A DNA stretch of 64,000 nucleotides from Rhodosorus marinus CCMP1338 (taxonomy: Eukaryota; Plantae; Rhodophyta). The DNA lies in assembly GCA_029953675.1 (NCBI GenBank), contig JAMWBK010000009.1:310001-374000 (forward strand), in the 5' to 3' direction. How positions within the stretch are numbered: position 1 is the stretch's first letter; each line of letters starts with the position of its first letter. This document shows positions 49,880 through 62,743 of the stretch, piece after piece. The translations under genes and the position numbers were made by a program. The notes beneath the pieces were generated by a model. It was not told where the DNA came from and did no database searches. It saw only the letters and a program-made list of their open reading frames with translations.

Positions 49880-50659
49880 ACACCAGTAGCCTGAGTCAGC
49901 ATCAATTCACATGACCCCAACCCAACAGCAGACGCTATTTGCATTCAGGAGAACGGTGGAGGGAGAAGGCGATTCAGATAATGTACGGAGCGGAGGGAGG
50001 GGGGGAAAGAGAGCTACCCATCCACCTGGACTGATAAAAAAAGCGTTACAGACCGAACCATTTAATCTGAGTCAACATCAATTCACACCCTCTTCAACCC
50101 AACAGCAGACGCTACTAGCGCTCAACGGTTGAGGAAGAAAGCGCTTCAGATACTGTACGGAGCGGAGGCAGGGGGGGGAAAGAGAGCTACCCATCCACCT
50201 GGACTGATAAAAAAAAGCGTCGCAGATTGACCCAGTAGCCTGAGTCAACATCAATTCATACCTTCTTCAACCCAACAGCAGACACAAGTAGCGCTCAACA
50301 GAACGGTTGAGAAAGACGGCGTTTCAGATACTGTACGAGCCATCCACCTGGACTGATAAAAAAAACGTTGCAGATTGACCCAGTAGCCTGAGTCAACATC
50401 AATTCATACCCTCTTCAACCCAACAGCATCACTAGTAGCGCTCAACAGAACGGTTGAGAAAGAAGGCGTTTCAGATACTGTACCGAGCGGAGGGAGGGGG
50501 GGAAAGAGAGCTACCCACCCACCTGGACTGATAAAAAAAACGTTGCAGATTGACCCAGTAGCCTGAGTCAACATCAATTCACACCCTCTTCAACCCAACA
50601 GCAGACACTAGTAGCGCTCAACAGAACGGTTGAGGAAGAAGGCGTTTCAGATACTGTAC
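49880..50659. repeat. Tandem array 2 of the same ~176 bp repeat (one partial plus four units)
   Basis: Partial unit from about 49880; units start near 49982, 50154, 50333 (internal ~30 bp deletion) and 50480; ends cagatactgtac at 50659. Confidence 0.95.
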
Positions 50660-50890
50660 GGATGGAGATGGGCTTAATGTGGAAATTGAACTGAATCGAA
50701 AATCGGTTGAACATGTTTTAGAAATATTTTATCTGAGTTTTGGGCGGAGGTAGTCTTCTGAGAGGAGTTTTCGATAAGAGGAATGGGGATGTGGGCTGAG
50801 GGGGGAGGGGGGAGGGAGGGGGAAGGAGGTTTTGTTGTAGAAGATGCTTGGAGCAGTCTGTGAAATTGTAAGATTGAAGAGCTTGAGAAG

Positions 50891-52055
50891 ATGGCAGAAT
50901 TAGCTGGTATCGATGATGCTGAAAGAAACCGTTTAGCGGTTTCAACAGCGTTGAATGTTCTTCGTCGACATGATAGTGCTGTGGAAAGGATCTTGTGTTC
51001 TGCATCCCACGTGATTGTTTATGAGCTTGAGAGGACTTCGAAGAAAGCCGCTCCAAGATGGAAGCATACAGATATCCAAGGCGTTTTACATGTTATTGAA
51101 AGGAAAGGTGATCCGAGGTTCAGGTTTCTTGTGATGAATCGGAAGGGCATTGATAACTTGGTCGAGAATTTGATCCCTGGGGAGATAGAGCTCGAGTTCT
51201 CAGACAAGCTTATTATGTATAAAAAGATGTCTGGCAGAGTGAGGAGCATATGGTTTTACGATTCTGAAGAGTATGACAAGGCGAGGGCCGTCATCGAAAG
51301 CATAGCAGAAGGATCGGTAGGTTGAAACTGCGGGACACTAGGATCATATCACAAGGAGCCTGTGTGTTCCGCGACCATCATTGCGAAAAGACACGCTCAT
51401 GCTTTCTGCTCCTCTCAGTTCACACCTCTGATTCGTTTCCCTTTCCCCTTCGCCGGTCCACCTCTAGGACGCATACTTGGACATTGTCGGTGAACCCTAT
51501 TCTTCCGATCCTGTTGACTACAAGGGTAGCAACCTGAAGCCAGCACCAGAGGACGACATAACAAAGTTCTTTCCGGACCTCCAGATTTCGTCGGTGAGAC
51601 TACGTCTCCTGTTTCTTTCCAACTAAGCTCTACGCTATCTAAACACGTGCTTTTCGACACATCGGCCTGACCAGGAACAACCTCAGTTTCAAGAGCCCGA
51701 AGAACCCTACTATATTGAACCTGATCCCAAAGCTCCGCCACCGTACTCGAATCCTGACATACAACCGGAGTTGCCTGATATCATTACTATGTTACAAGGA
51801 GCGGAAGCCGGAGCGGCAGCTCCTGTGCCGTTCCACGATACCGCCATACTTGCACAGTCAGAAGCGCTCGGTGATGGTGCGGCACAGCCGGAGTCTTCGA
51901 GGGAACAGGAAGAGCTTGTAAACTTCCTGGCGGAGACAGCTCACAAGGACCGGAACAAATTGGGAAGAGGACAACTCATCAAGCTTCTTGAGCGGATGAT
52001 CGATGATCGAGACTTTTTCGAAGAAGTGTACTCCACTTATGCCGGGAAATTTTGA
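50891..52055 (+). CDS. DCP1: mRNA decapping cofactor DCP1
   Basis: LNVLRRHDSAVERILCSASHVIVY, W...DIQGVLHVIER..DPRFRFLVMNR...NLVE, IWFYD (EVH1 domain); C-terminal QLIKLLERMIDDRDFFEEVYSTY trimerisation-helix-like segment. Confidence 0.9.
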
Positions 52056-52390
52056 GAGGAGACAGAAAAGCGTCAACCATGTAAAGCAGCGGACGAAACA
52101 GCTCCAACTATTCGTGGCTTGCTTGGCAAGCCAAAAGAAGACCCACATCGAGGCCATCGAGAAGAAGAACCAGCCTTTGAAGACAACTCGACGAGCTCGA
52201 GCGAAATAGCGAAAGAAAAACGCCGTCTGGAGAGAGCCTTGCGCAAGGCCTCGGCTGAAGCCACCCGGATAAAGGCTGAATTGAAATATGTATACGCTCT
52301 AGGGATGCGGGTGGGTGTTCAGTACGAGACTTTTGACTTTCTCAATCTCGTTCAGTATTGGATATGGTTTTTTGGGGGTTGGCTTTGCTT

Positions 52391-54360
52391 CTATGAAGCG
52401 GACTCCTCGCTTGCAAGATCGTTCGTATCCTTCTCCGAATCTGGTCTCTGCTTCTTAAGATCCTCCTTCTGATAATAGTAATGGTAGATCCCGCTGAAGT
52501 CCTTTTTCCCCGCTCCTTTCTCGCTCATGGATTTGAACAAGGCTGCTGTTAAAAGGCCGAGCGGGGCTTGCCTAGTTCATATCAAGGATAAAAAGTTTGG
52601 ACAGGCACGAATGGCCATCTAATGATCAGCTTCAGAGTCCACTGCGACGCACATCTCCGACCACGTGTATCTGCGTTGTTGCTTTTGGAAACACGTACGC
52701 TTCCACTCTTTTCGCTTCCTTGATCGCGATTCCTAGATCCTTCAGCATCAAGTCGCAGGCAAAACCTTTATCATAACCATTTGATGACGGAACGTTTTCC
52801 ATGACGTTCGGTACCTACGATGTGACCTAGAATCTCAGCTGGGGAACACCAAGGGCACAAGGGGGCTTTCGGGGTTAATTCCTCACCGGATGGTATGTGT
52901 CCGATGACCAGCAACGGCCCGAGGAAGAGTTCACGATATCCGTCAAAGGTTGTGCCTCCATTCCGAGCCTTTTAGCAAGCGACATTGCTTCAGAGACCTG
53001 AGCAATTAGAACTCAGATGAGACTATTCAGCGTCGGCGAGAATGGCAGTGGTGGTGGTGAACGTGAGCGGTTGTCGACTAGGCTTACAGCTGTCATTGAG
53101 ATTCCCAGTATCAGATTATTGCAGACCTGAATCCGACAATGAGAGATATCCGGTTAGGACCATGGGGAAGTTTTGAGGTTGAACCCTCTGCACGCACCTT
53201 TGCAACTTGCCCACTCCCAGCATCTCCGCAGGAAATTGCTCTCTTTCCCATGCACATGAACAATGATTCTAACGGGCTCAAGGTTTCTTCAGAACATCCA
53301 GCCTGCAAAATGTTTTGGGTCCTGTCAGCTCGTTCTTTCTATCCTGCACTTAGCCCGTCCGGAACAAGGGCGCGACTGGCTTGCTGGAAGAAACGTAGAG
53401 GGCTGACCCACCATGAAAGTCAAAGTCCGGTTGACAGCTCCAGGAACACCGCCAGAAACGGGGGCATCAATGAAGAGCGCGTTGGGGTTTTTGGTCACTA
53501 GCGCTGCCTGTAAAAGGATTATACGAGAAGAAATGAAATGCACCCTTAGTTGTCGATGTTCTGCGTCCGCGCTGTTCGTGCTCCAAGTCTATAATCTTAC
53601 CGAGAGGTCTTTCGCAGTCGCCGGCTCAATTGTTGAGGAGTCAATAAAAACTGATCTGGATCTCGCTTCCACGAAGAGTCCTAGTCGACGCAATACAAGC
53701 AGCAGATAAGCAACGCACCAGAGGAAGCCTCTAGACATGTTGGGCTTGTTGGGTATAGCTCCTAAGCTCATGTCCAACCTTACCGTTGTCAGGATCAAGG
53801 CAAACTTCCCTGACCTCGCTAGGACCTGGGAGCATGCTGATAACTATTCTACAGTTCGCCGCAACCTATTCAATTGTGCAGCTGACCTGGTCAGCACTAG
53901 CATCTTCGCTTGAACGATGGCGTTCCGTACCTCCCTCGGCGTTTCTGCCGTGACTGCGCCGTTGAAAACCTTTTTAAATCTGTGCAAACCGGGAACGGTA
54001 TTGGAATACTAAGTGCAGGAACGATTTGTTCAGTGGCTTTTGCTGTATCGATGAGAACGTACTCACTAGCACGGAAGGGATCTCGATCGTACACAACCAT
54101 TCTATGTCCAAATTTCGCCAAATTCGCAGCCATCGGGGCGCCTGATGTCGTTGAAGAACTTTTTCGATTCAGCTCACTTCCCAAAACGCACAAGAATCAA
54201 CCAGCCCTGAGACGAGAGTACGATATCCCCTACCCATGTTACCAAGACCGACGAATCCGACATTAGAAGCATCCTTGACGTTAGAAAGCGACCGAGCTTC
54301 AAATCTAGAAGCGCCGAAGACTGACTTGCTCAGTCTTAAACTGCCTCGCAGCAAAGCCAT
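52391..54360 (-). CDS. HIBADH: 3-hydroxyisobutyrate dehydrogenase, mitochondrial, multi-exon
   Basis: [23 protein letters not shown]...[19 protein letters not shown]...[56 protein letters not shown]. Confidence 0.92.
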
Positions 54361-56826
54361 GCTCAGAAACACACCAGGACCTCTGCTTTTGCTGGGACAG
54401 ACTCCCTAACCTACTCAGCAAACGAAAACACCAGAGCTAGCCCTCAGAAGACCCATTCGCGGACATGAAAAATCCTAGTATCGGCCTATCAGCTAGCAAA
54501 GATGCCAAACACACCAGAGATGCGACAGTCACCAAACCCCAGCTGCCAAGAAGCACGACCGCCAAGAAAACTCAACCAGACCCAAGCTTATCAAGATCCA
54601 ACTTCTTGTGAGTCAACGCTTGCAAGAAAACCCAAGTGCACGTCCAATGCCACCCTCAAACCTCATTACTCAGAACAAAACAGACAACAGAGCCCAGCAA
54701 CGTTTCCAAATGACCCAAGCAGCTCGCCACCAGAGTCGCTACTTATGACCAATCCAATGCTCATCGGCCAAAAAGCATATCTAAAATCTGCCAATTGAAA
54801 TATTATCTCCAAAAGTGTTGTCCATCCAATATGGACAGTTGACGCTCCTTTCTGGTCCACTGATAAAAAAAAAGTTATTAGCGAGAAAACAATCAACATC
54901 AACGTATCCTTTCTAAAATTAGTTGATCTGTTCCCCATACAAAGCAAATTATTTTCTAAAAAGACAACGTTCCGGTGAAAAGAGTATTCCAGATATAGCT
55001 ATAACTGTAACATTAGGTAATTTTGAGGGAGGATAGGTTCTTCATATCATATTGTGAAAATAATATGTAGGATGAGGATCTAAATAAAGAACTATATTTT
55101 CCTGATCTAGCAGCCACGTGTGCCGGTTCTGATTAGATTCATATTTCATAGGAATTCAAAGAATATAATAGGGACTATGGAGGGAGCATTTGCGTTCCTG
55201 GAACTTCCAAAACAGATGAGGTTTCTATTTCTGAGAAATTTTCAATGGAAAATGATTGGGTTACGATTAATTTTTTTTTAATTAATTTATATACGATTTG
55301 GAATGGGACTTTTCTCATGTCTAAAAAAGTTACTTTCTATTTCCTCTTTCTAGCAAATCCTCAAGGCGTGGAATTTGGAAATTTTGTTAAAAAAACATTG
55401 GCAATTGATTTGGAGGCCAATCATTGGGGTAAAATAAGAGAAGAGAGAAATAGTATTAATTAAATAATTAGATACAATTGGAATAGCAATCACGCGCTTT
55501 GCTTCTGGGACTAGCTGAAGTGCGGTCGAGGTTGGCGACGATCAATGAAGAGATTTCCGCCCACGACTGAAAGCCAGCATCAAGTCTGAGATGTTGAAAT
55601 CGAACCAACAAAAGACCCGTTGACGGTCGAGCTCCGTGGATTGTTCGTAGCCGTCGATGCTCGCCGATCGTTCCCGTTTCCAGTCTAAATGCTTGAAGCA
55701 TTTTTATTCTCTACGCGCCCCTCAATGCCGAGTAGCTTGCCTGATTTGAGTCTCAAAAGACCGACGAACTCAGGACTATCTCTCAAACTCCGAAAACGCG
55801 GATCTAGACGTCAAGATTTCCTACTCTATCCCCTTACTATTCAGGCATACCTGGACAAGACTCCTCGATGACCTCTGAAATGCTTCACAGACTTCGTCCT
55901 AACCCAGGGAAGACCGCTATGTACGAATACGTAGGAAACATCGATACCGAAATTAGTCAATAAAATCAAGCACGACATCCCATCAGATCAGATCCGTTCC
56001 TATTTATTTACAAAATACCATCTTTACAACCTTCCTAATTATTTCTAGGATACATATATTTCGCAAACCTAATGAGTGATAATTTTTAATGTTATTCCTT
56101 TTTAGCTGATGCTTTAGTAATTTCGGCCTCACAAAGAGCATAGAAACGATCACAAACCCTTTAAATGTCTTCTAAAAATTGGGAGGCTAGACTGGGCTTG
56201 ACATTTATGCACTATTCATGCATATGAAGATTGAAAAGTACTAAAACCAAGTGGTTGCTTCTAATTTCTTTGAGAAAAGGGTTTCTATAAATAAAACGGT
56301 GGGCGGTTAGAAATCCGTTGTTCAGTTGGGACCGGAATGGCTGGGTCTGTAATACTCGTACCGGGAGAAACGCCTCTGCGCCTTGACAACAAGAGCACCT
56401 CCATCATAGCTCTAGGTCAGAATGGATTCGAGGGAGCCATAGACCCGGTTTTTGGAGGTGGAACGAAACCGCGACCACTCGTAGCCAAAGCTCTGTGCTC
56501 TTTTAAAGTTCGGTGGATTCACACACAGAGTCAAGTTACGAACTTCCTTGGCGGTCGTCAGGTACTATCTATGCCGCGCATTCGATTTGGACAGTACCCT
56601 GATCTGCAAAATGCATCCAGTGGGGTAGCTAGTAGACCCTGCAAAAGCAAATGCCTGGTAGGATTGTGATCAAGCCGAGAACCAAAGTCCTTTCCCTTCT
56701 AGCGCGGCTCCTGAGGCCTGGCCTACACAGCCATCCGAACAGGTCTTCCCGTGCATTCGAAAAACTAAACAGTTAGGTCTTCTTTGTTTAAGCTGACTTT
56801 GTCTTGTCTCGAAGTCTACTTCCGGA

Positions 56827-59011
56827 TTATAACCTGTCCTTGTAATAGCGGTATGCTTTTGCTGTTCCGTATGCAACGCCGCTGATTACTGCAATGGCTG
56901 CAACGAGCTTCAGTGACGTCACAAGGGCGCTTCCCGACGGCTCATCAAAGTACGTCGGACAGGCAATATGAGGATACAAGCCTACTCCAATGAGCTGTTT
57001 GTACAAGTCAGCGTCCTCCTTGATCTTCGAGGAGATGTTCACGGGTTCTGGGAGGCCATGAATCTCGGTAAACTCTGATGGGCGTATTTCGTATCTCTGC
57101 GATACAGGCTCCTGCTCCGTCTTCGTTGCCACGAAGACAGTCGGAAGTGAATGCCGTACTTTCTTGAGTTCCTCATAAGTTCTTGCGATGAACTCAAAGC
57201 TCGTAGGATCCGTAACATCATACACAAAGCAGACCATATCACATGTATCAAGCAACCCTTTGGATATAGTGAGATCAGCGATCTCCTTGTCCGAGATCTA
57301 TTTGAGAACGATACACAGCAAGGCGTAGGAACGTCAGCACGAAATCGCTCGAAGTTTTGCAAATGGACGAAACAGCCAACGAACCTCTTTCATAATTAGG
57401 CCATACGGTCTTCCCTTCTCGATCTCTATCGTTCTCGCTGCCGCCACATCCTTGTCGCACGGAACCGATTCCGCGCTGAACGGTTGCCCTGTCAGCCCGC
57501 GGATGAGTTCAGTTTTGCCCGATTTGGAGCTACCTATGACGTAACAGTAGAAGACCTCCCTCGTCACCACCTTGCTCCTGCGATCCCTCCGACGACGTCG
57601 TGTAATTCGCACTGCCGTCGCTGGCTCCCCGGAGTATCCCATGTACACAATGGTTAGTAGAGCACTTCGGAAATCGTCGAAAAGGAACAAGTTCCATCTG
57701 TCGAGAAAGGCCTCCTTTGTCATGTAACCCGCCGTAGCCGATTGCACGGTCCACCTTACAAGCGTGGGGTCCCACGGGTACTCTGGGCAGGTGGAGAACA
57801 GATCCCGGAGTTCATCGGGCGACAAAAGACCATCCTTGTCAGCATCCGCAGTTTCAAAACTAGTCAATAGGAATTCCTTCCCTTTCTCCGACAGTTCTAC
57901 GCTCTGGTCATCCGCCTTTGACAAATTGATGTTTGCGTAGGTGTCGCTTAACCTCAAATCATCATTGTACCCAAACGTACGGAGCACGATCCAAGTTGTC
58001 TCTATTCGGCCCTTCTCGATGAACAATCTGTGGAGGAAAATGAAGCCCGGCAGCGACAGGTGGCCGTTCGCTGTTAGACCTCCCGGGCAGTTGGCACGTA
58101 CAACGTTCTTCACTCCCGCAAGCTCTTCAGCATTTAAATGTACATTGAAGCAGGTGTATTGAAAGTCATTCAGTTCCTTGTCGTTGAGCTCTCCATTCTT
58201 GTCCTTGTCGCAGAGGCGGAACACGCGAGAAAGCGCGGCCTTCGCGGCTGGGCGTAGCGAGTGCGAAGATACGTCGAACAGCGGGGTTGTTGGGTGAATA
58301 ACCGCTCTCTGGGCGAAGTACAGAACCTCATAAATATTGAACTCAACCTTGGCCGAGCACTGAATACAAGCTTCTACCTCACGAAACTCCTCCATTATCG
58401 GCTTGATTGTACGCTCAACGTTCGAGTCGCTATACTCCTCCTTAGGGAGGTCCTGCTTATTCCCGACGAGGATGACCGGTACATCCAGACCGAGCTCCCT
58501 CATCCTTGGCAGCCATTTGGTTTTGACGCGATCAAGCGTCTCAGTTCTCACCAGGTCGTAAACGAGTACTACGACATCGGCCCTGTTTAGCTCAGATTCT
58601 ACTTCGTTGAGGACGTTCGATGTATCTACAATAGTGGCGGAGACAGGTTCTGGCGCAACTTCTGGCGGTATCGTTACTGGAGGGTGCACCTCAGGCACCT
58701 GCATCATAAGATTCATTCACTCGTTCTTCAGACCACAAAATGTTTGTTGCAGGGAGAATCCAGTCATACATCACTTGGTTTTTTTGCTCACATTTTCCTC
58801 GGCAAAGCTCTTCGAGATCAGACATCGTATAATCGACGTCTTCCCTACCCCATCTGATAAAAGGACGCAAACATAATCCCATTCTTTAGTACGCCAACTC
58901 CTACGCCCCCAAGCCGCTCTACAAGCAAAACAACCAAAACTTCAAACAGCAAAGAAAGCCAGAGTAAAACTCACCATCACCACAAATCACGATCCTGATA
59001 TGGCTCTTCAT
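56827..59011 (-). CDS. MIRO: Mitochondrial Rho GTPase Miro (GTPase-EF-EF-GTPase-TM)
   Basis: MKSHIRIVICGDG-GVGKTS, IVDTS, VILVGNKQD, CIQCSAK, AQRAVIHPT.PLFD, EF-hand DKDKNGELNDKEL, RIETTWIVLRTFGYNDDL, second GTPase VIGSSKSGKT, C-terminal TM helix. Confidence 0.95.
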
Positions 59012-59156
59012 CCGGCCGGTCTTCCCCCCCCCCCCTCCCCGCCTGCCCCCTTCACACACAGATCCCCCGACAACCAAAAAACAAACTGCACACAAAACTC
59101 TGAATGAAATCCAAGACCTTTCAACCTTCTTAAGCCTCCATAACCTTCCCCCCCTC

Positions 59157-59182
59157 CACACACACACACACACACACACACA
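59157..59182. repeat. (CA)13 microsatellite upstream of Miro
   Basis: Direct read of 26 nt of CA repeats. Confidence 0.95.
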
Positions 59183-61645
59183 CCCCTCAAACACCTAATA
59201 CCTATATCATCCACCCTCCCTCCTCCCTCCCCACTAGACCCAATTCTCCAAGCTCAAGTCATCCACTTCAATCAACGTCAATCCTCAAATTTCAAGTTTT
59301 TAAAAGGCCCTCCACGACAACTCAATCATCATCCAATTTTCCTAATAAAAAATGCTGCCTGGATGGATTTCCTCTAACCCCCCCCTCCCTCCTCCTCGCA
59401 AAATTTCATTGCCGCCGGATTTTTGCCCCTGAGTAAATTACACGATGTTATGATGGAATCTCGATATCCCCACCCTCTGGATATAATTTTTGTTCTTTCA
59501 CAAATAATTTAGAGGGCACCGCACGATTTTTAGATTTGCTTCAGAGTTTGCGCCTACCCGTAGTAAAAAATCTATCGAGCCCTTTGAAACTTAATATTAA
59601 AGGGGGGGGGGGATGTATAATTGTTGGGATATCGAGCGGAAAAAAAATCTGGTTATTGTTTTTATCTAGTTTTAGGCGGATTTTGATTGTTTGCACTCGA
59701 GCGAACTTTGTTTTTGAATAAATTTGCTTCACAATAGGCTTAAAAAGCGGGGTTTTTTAGAATATTTTGGGATGGACCGCCGTGGCTTGTTTTTTGGTAG
59801 ATTTGGGGTTGATGTAGGAAATAGTGCACAATTTCTATTCGATTTGGATGACAAAGTGATTGCTTGCGAGCGTCAAAGTCTGTGGGGCTCGTAGCAGAGG
59901 CTGGGAGGTTGTTGACCTTCACATTCAGTGGTCTAAGATGAAATTTTGAGTGTATGTTTTTGTTCAAATTGTTGACTTCTGAGCAGCTGTCTGCTTGGGT
60001 CGGGCCACACTCAGATGTCTCATTCAACCAGCTGAGCCTGATCGATTCGCGTTTCGAGGTGATTTCCGGGTGGAGTCATCAGGTCGATGACGGGGTTGAT
60101 CTGAGTTCCTGTATTTGATGTCATGCTTTAGATGGTTTCTAGATTCGTTGTATGATTTGATGGTCAGTTCTGAACTGAGCTTTTCTTGGACTGGACCAAG
60201 TACAATCAACCCGCGAGTCCTGATTCTACGGAATATGTATGGGCACAGGCTGGGTCGATCGACAAGATCACCATTAGCTAAGCTTCTGAGTCCCTTCGTT
60301 TTGAAGCTGACGGATTCAGGTGAGGAATCTCAGACGCTCAAACAGACAAGCCCAGCTTTGAGCAATCAAAATTAGCAGTTATCGAACTGCATGGCATTCG
60401 TTGACGACCAGACGGTGATCGACACAAATTGCTCACAGATCAGTTGGTGCGACCCGGTTAATTCGGGTTCGCTAGACTCTTGGACTCATGAAAATCAAGA
60501 AGATAGAACCAATTCCAAAGCGGGAGGGTCAGTATGGTAGGAACAAGGTCAAAACGCATCGCAGCCCGATGAAGGCGATTTTCCATTGAAAACCTAGTAC
60601 TTAAGACCCTCCCCTTCACGCGGTTATCGCTCCTCGCGCTGAAAACTTTCAAGCTACTCCAGTGTACGATCCGGAAAAGCCATCCCAGGTCTCTTACATC
60701 CCAATAGGTGAGCCGACCAGCTGGACAAACGCGCCAGAGTGCGACCAACCCTTCAACCCAAACCCCGCCCCCTCCCCCCGCAGGACAGACTGTCAAGCCT
60801 TTTTTAATTCAAAATCTCCATATTAAGCACCATAATCACTAGACGGGTTCGATTTCAACCCGGCGCGGAGATCCATTTATCCAGGGAAAAATCCTGGGGT
60901 ACGACTTTATATCTTCATCGATCAAACTATTTCTTTTTTTCACTATCCATCAATTCAACTCTACCATGCAGGGGTAGATATCATTCAACCGTGAAACGCA
61001 TGGGTCAAATCCCGACCAAGGGGTGAAAGGTACTCGAAAAGTCTGGGGTTATTTACTTTCTCAAATATTTTTTTGTTCTAGCTGACGTGAAACGTGAGGG
61101 GCTCAAAGTCTGTCTATTCGTGCGAAAAACCGTCCGTTTGCCATAAATAAATTTCCATTCTATTTTGCAATTATTTAGTAAAAGAAGCTCCCAAAAACCA
61201 ACGAAAATCAACGTCATTTGCATTATTTTGTATACACCCCTGAAATGAACACATTATACGATCTAACTGTCCTACGTAAAACTAAGAATATTAAGGGTTT
61301 TTAGGTAAATAATTATTCTCAAAAGGTTGTACTAGTAATGACTAATAAAATGTGCTAATTTTGGTTTTGGGTTTCTAGAGGAGGGGTGGTCTTCAGATCT
61401 TCACCGGAGATAGTTCAGGTTGGATCTTAACGGATTTTTTTATTAGTGGAACGATTTTATGGACGTAGGGATTTCGATGGGTTTTGATAAGCTCCACGGC
61501 TCTGCGGCTTTGAGGGATTTGGGGTGGGGGAGAAAGGCAGTGAGGTTGGTGAGGATCTCTTGGGAAGGTAAACACCAACGTCTTTTAAAACTACTAGGTT
61601 TTACGTACTTTATTGGAAAAACCATTTGTTGTTTGGAACGGAACG

Positions 61646-62743
61646 ATGATGCGGGTACAGGCAGGGTTTTTATCATCGACGGCGGTTTGCGGGCGGTCAG
61701 CGTCTCTGAAACCGTCTGTTTGTCGGGCTAGTGGATCTGTGTTTCAGACACAGAGGAGCTATCGAAGGGCCAATCTCGTCCGTGCGAACTTGAAGTATGT
61801 GGAGCATTCTCAATTTTGTGCTTTGTGCCGGATTGCGGTTTTGTGGATCAGTGGAGTTCTAATCGCAGAAACCTGACTGGATCGTTTCGTAGGACCATTG
61901 ATGAGGGTGAGCAGGGCACTCTGGAGTACCGCCTTGCTTTTCAGCAAGACAGCAAGAAGGTTTCCCCATGGCATGACGTTCCGCTTTACGCCAACGATGA
62001 AAAGACGCTGGTGAACTACGTTAACGAGATCCCCAAGGGAACCTCCGCGAAAATGGAGATTGCCACCGAGGAGGCCAACAATCCGATCAAGCAGGACGTG
62101 AAAAAAGGCGCACTCAGGTACGACCGGCCAAGTTACCTTTTCGGATCAATCGATCTTGCGTTTACATACTTCCCATATGCCCGATGTAGGTTCTACAAGT
62201 ACAGTGACTCGCTGATCAACTACGGTGCTCTTCCCCAGACATGGGAAGATCCGAACGAAAAGAACGAAGACACGGGATGCAACGGGGATAACGACCCAGT
62301 GGACGTTATTGAAATTAGTGCCGACGCGAAGCCAATGGGTAGGAAAATCACTACCGCTCAACGGAGACCGCACGATTTGCAGTTGCTAAAGGTCGTCGAT
62401 TCATGCAGGTGCTGTTTACGCTGTGAAGCCGTTTGGAATCTTGGCGCTTCTGGACGAAGGCGAAACTGACTGGAAGGTCCTGGCAATTGATGCGGCCGAT
62501 CCGAATGCTGAGAAGATCAACTCGGTGGAGGACGCGAATGAGATCTACCCAGGACTTGTGGACAAGGTAACCGATTGGTTCCGCATGTACAAGACCGCTG
62601 AGGGCAAGGGTGAGAACGAGTACGCCTTCGGAGGCAAAGCGAAAGACACTGCCTTCACCATGAGGATCATCGCCGAAACGCATGACAGCTACAACAAGCT
62701 CAAGGCCGGTGCTATCCCCAACGAAGACTTATCACTCAACTAA
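61646..62743 (+). CDS. PPA: Soluble family I inorganic pyrophosphatase, probably plastid-targeted
   Basis: SPWHDVPL, VNEIPKGTSAKMEIAT.E..NPIKQDVKKGALR, NYGALPQTWEDP, GDNDPVDVIEI, LDEGETDWKV, WFRMYK. Confidence 0.95.
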
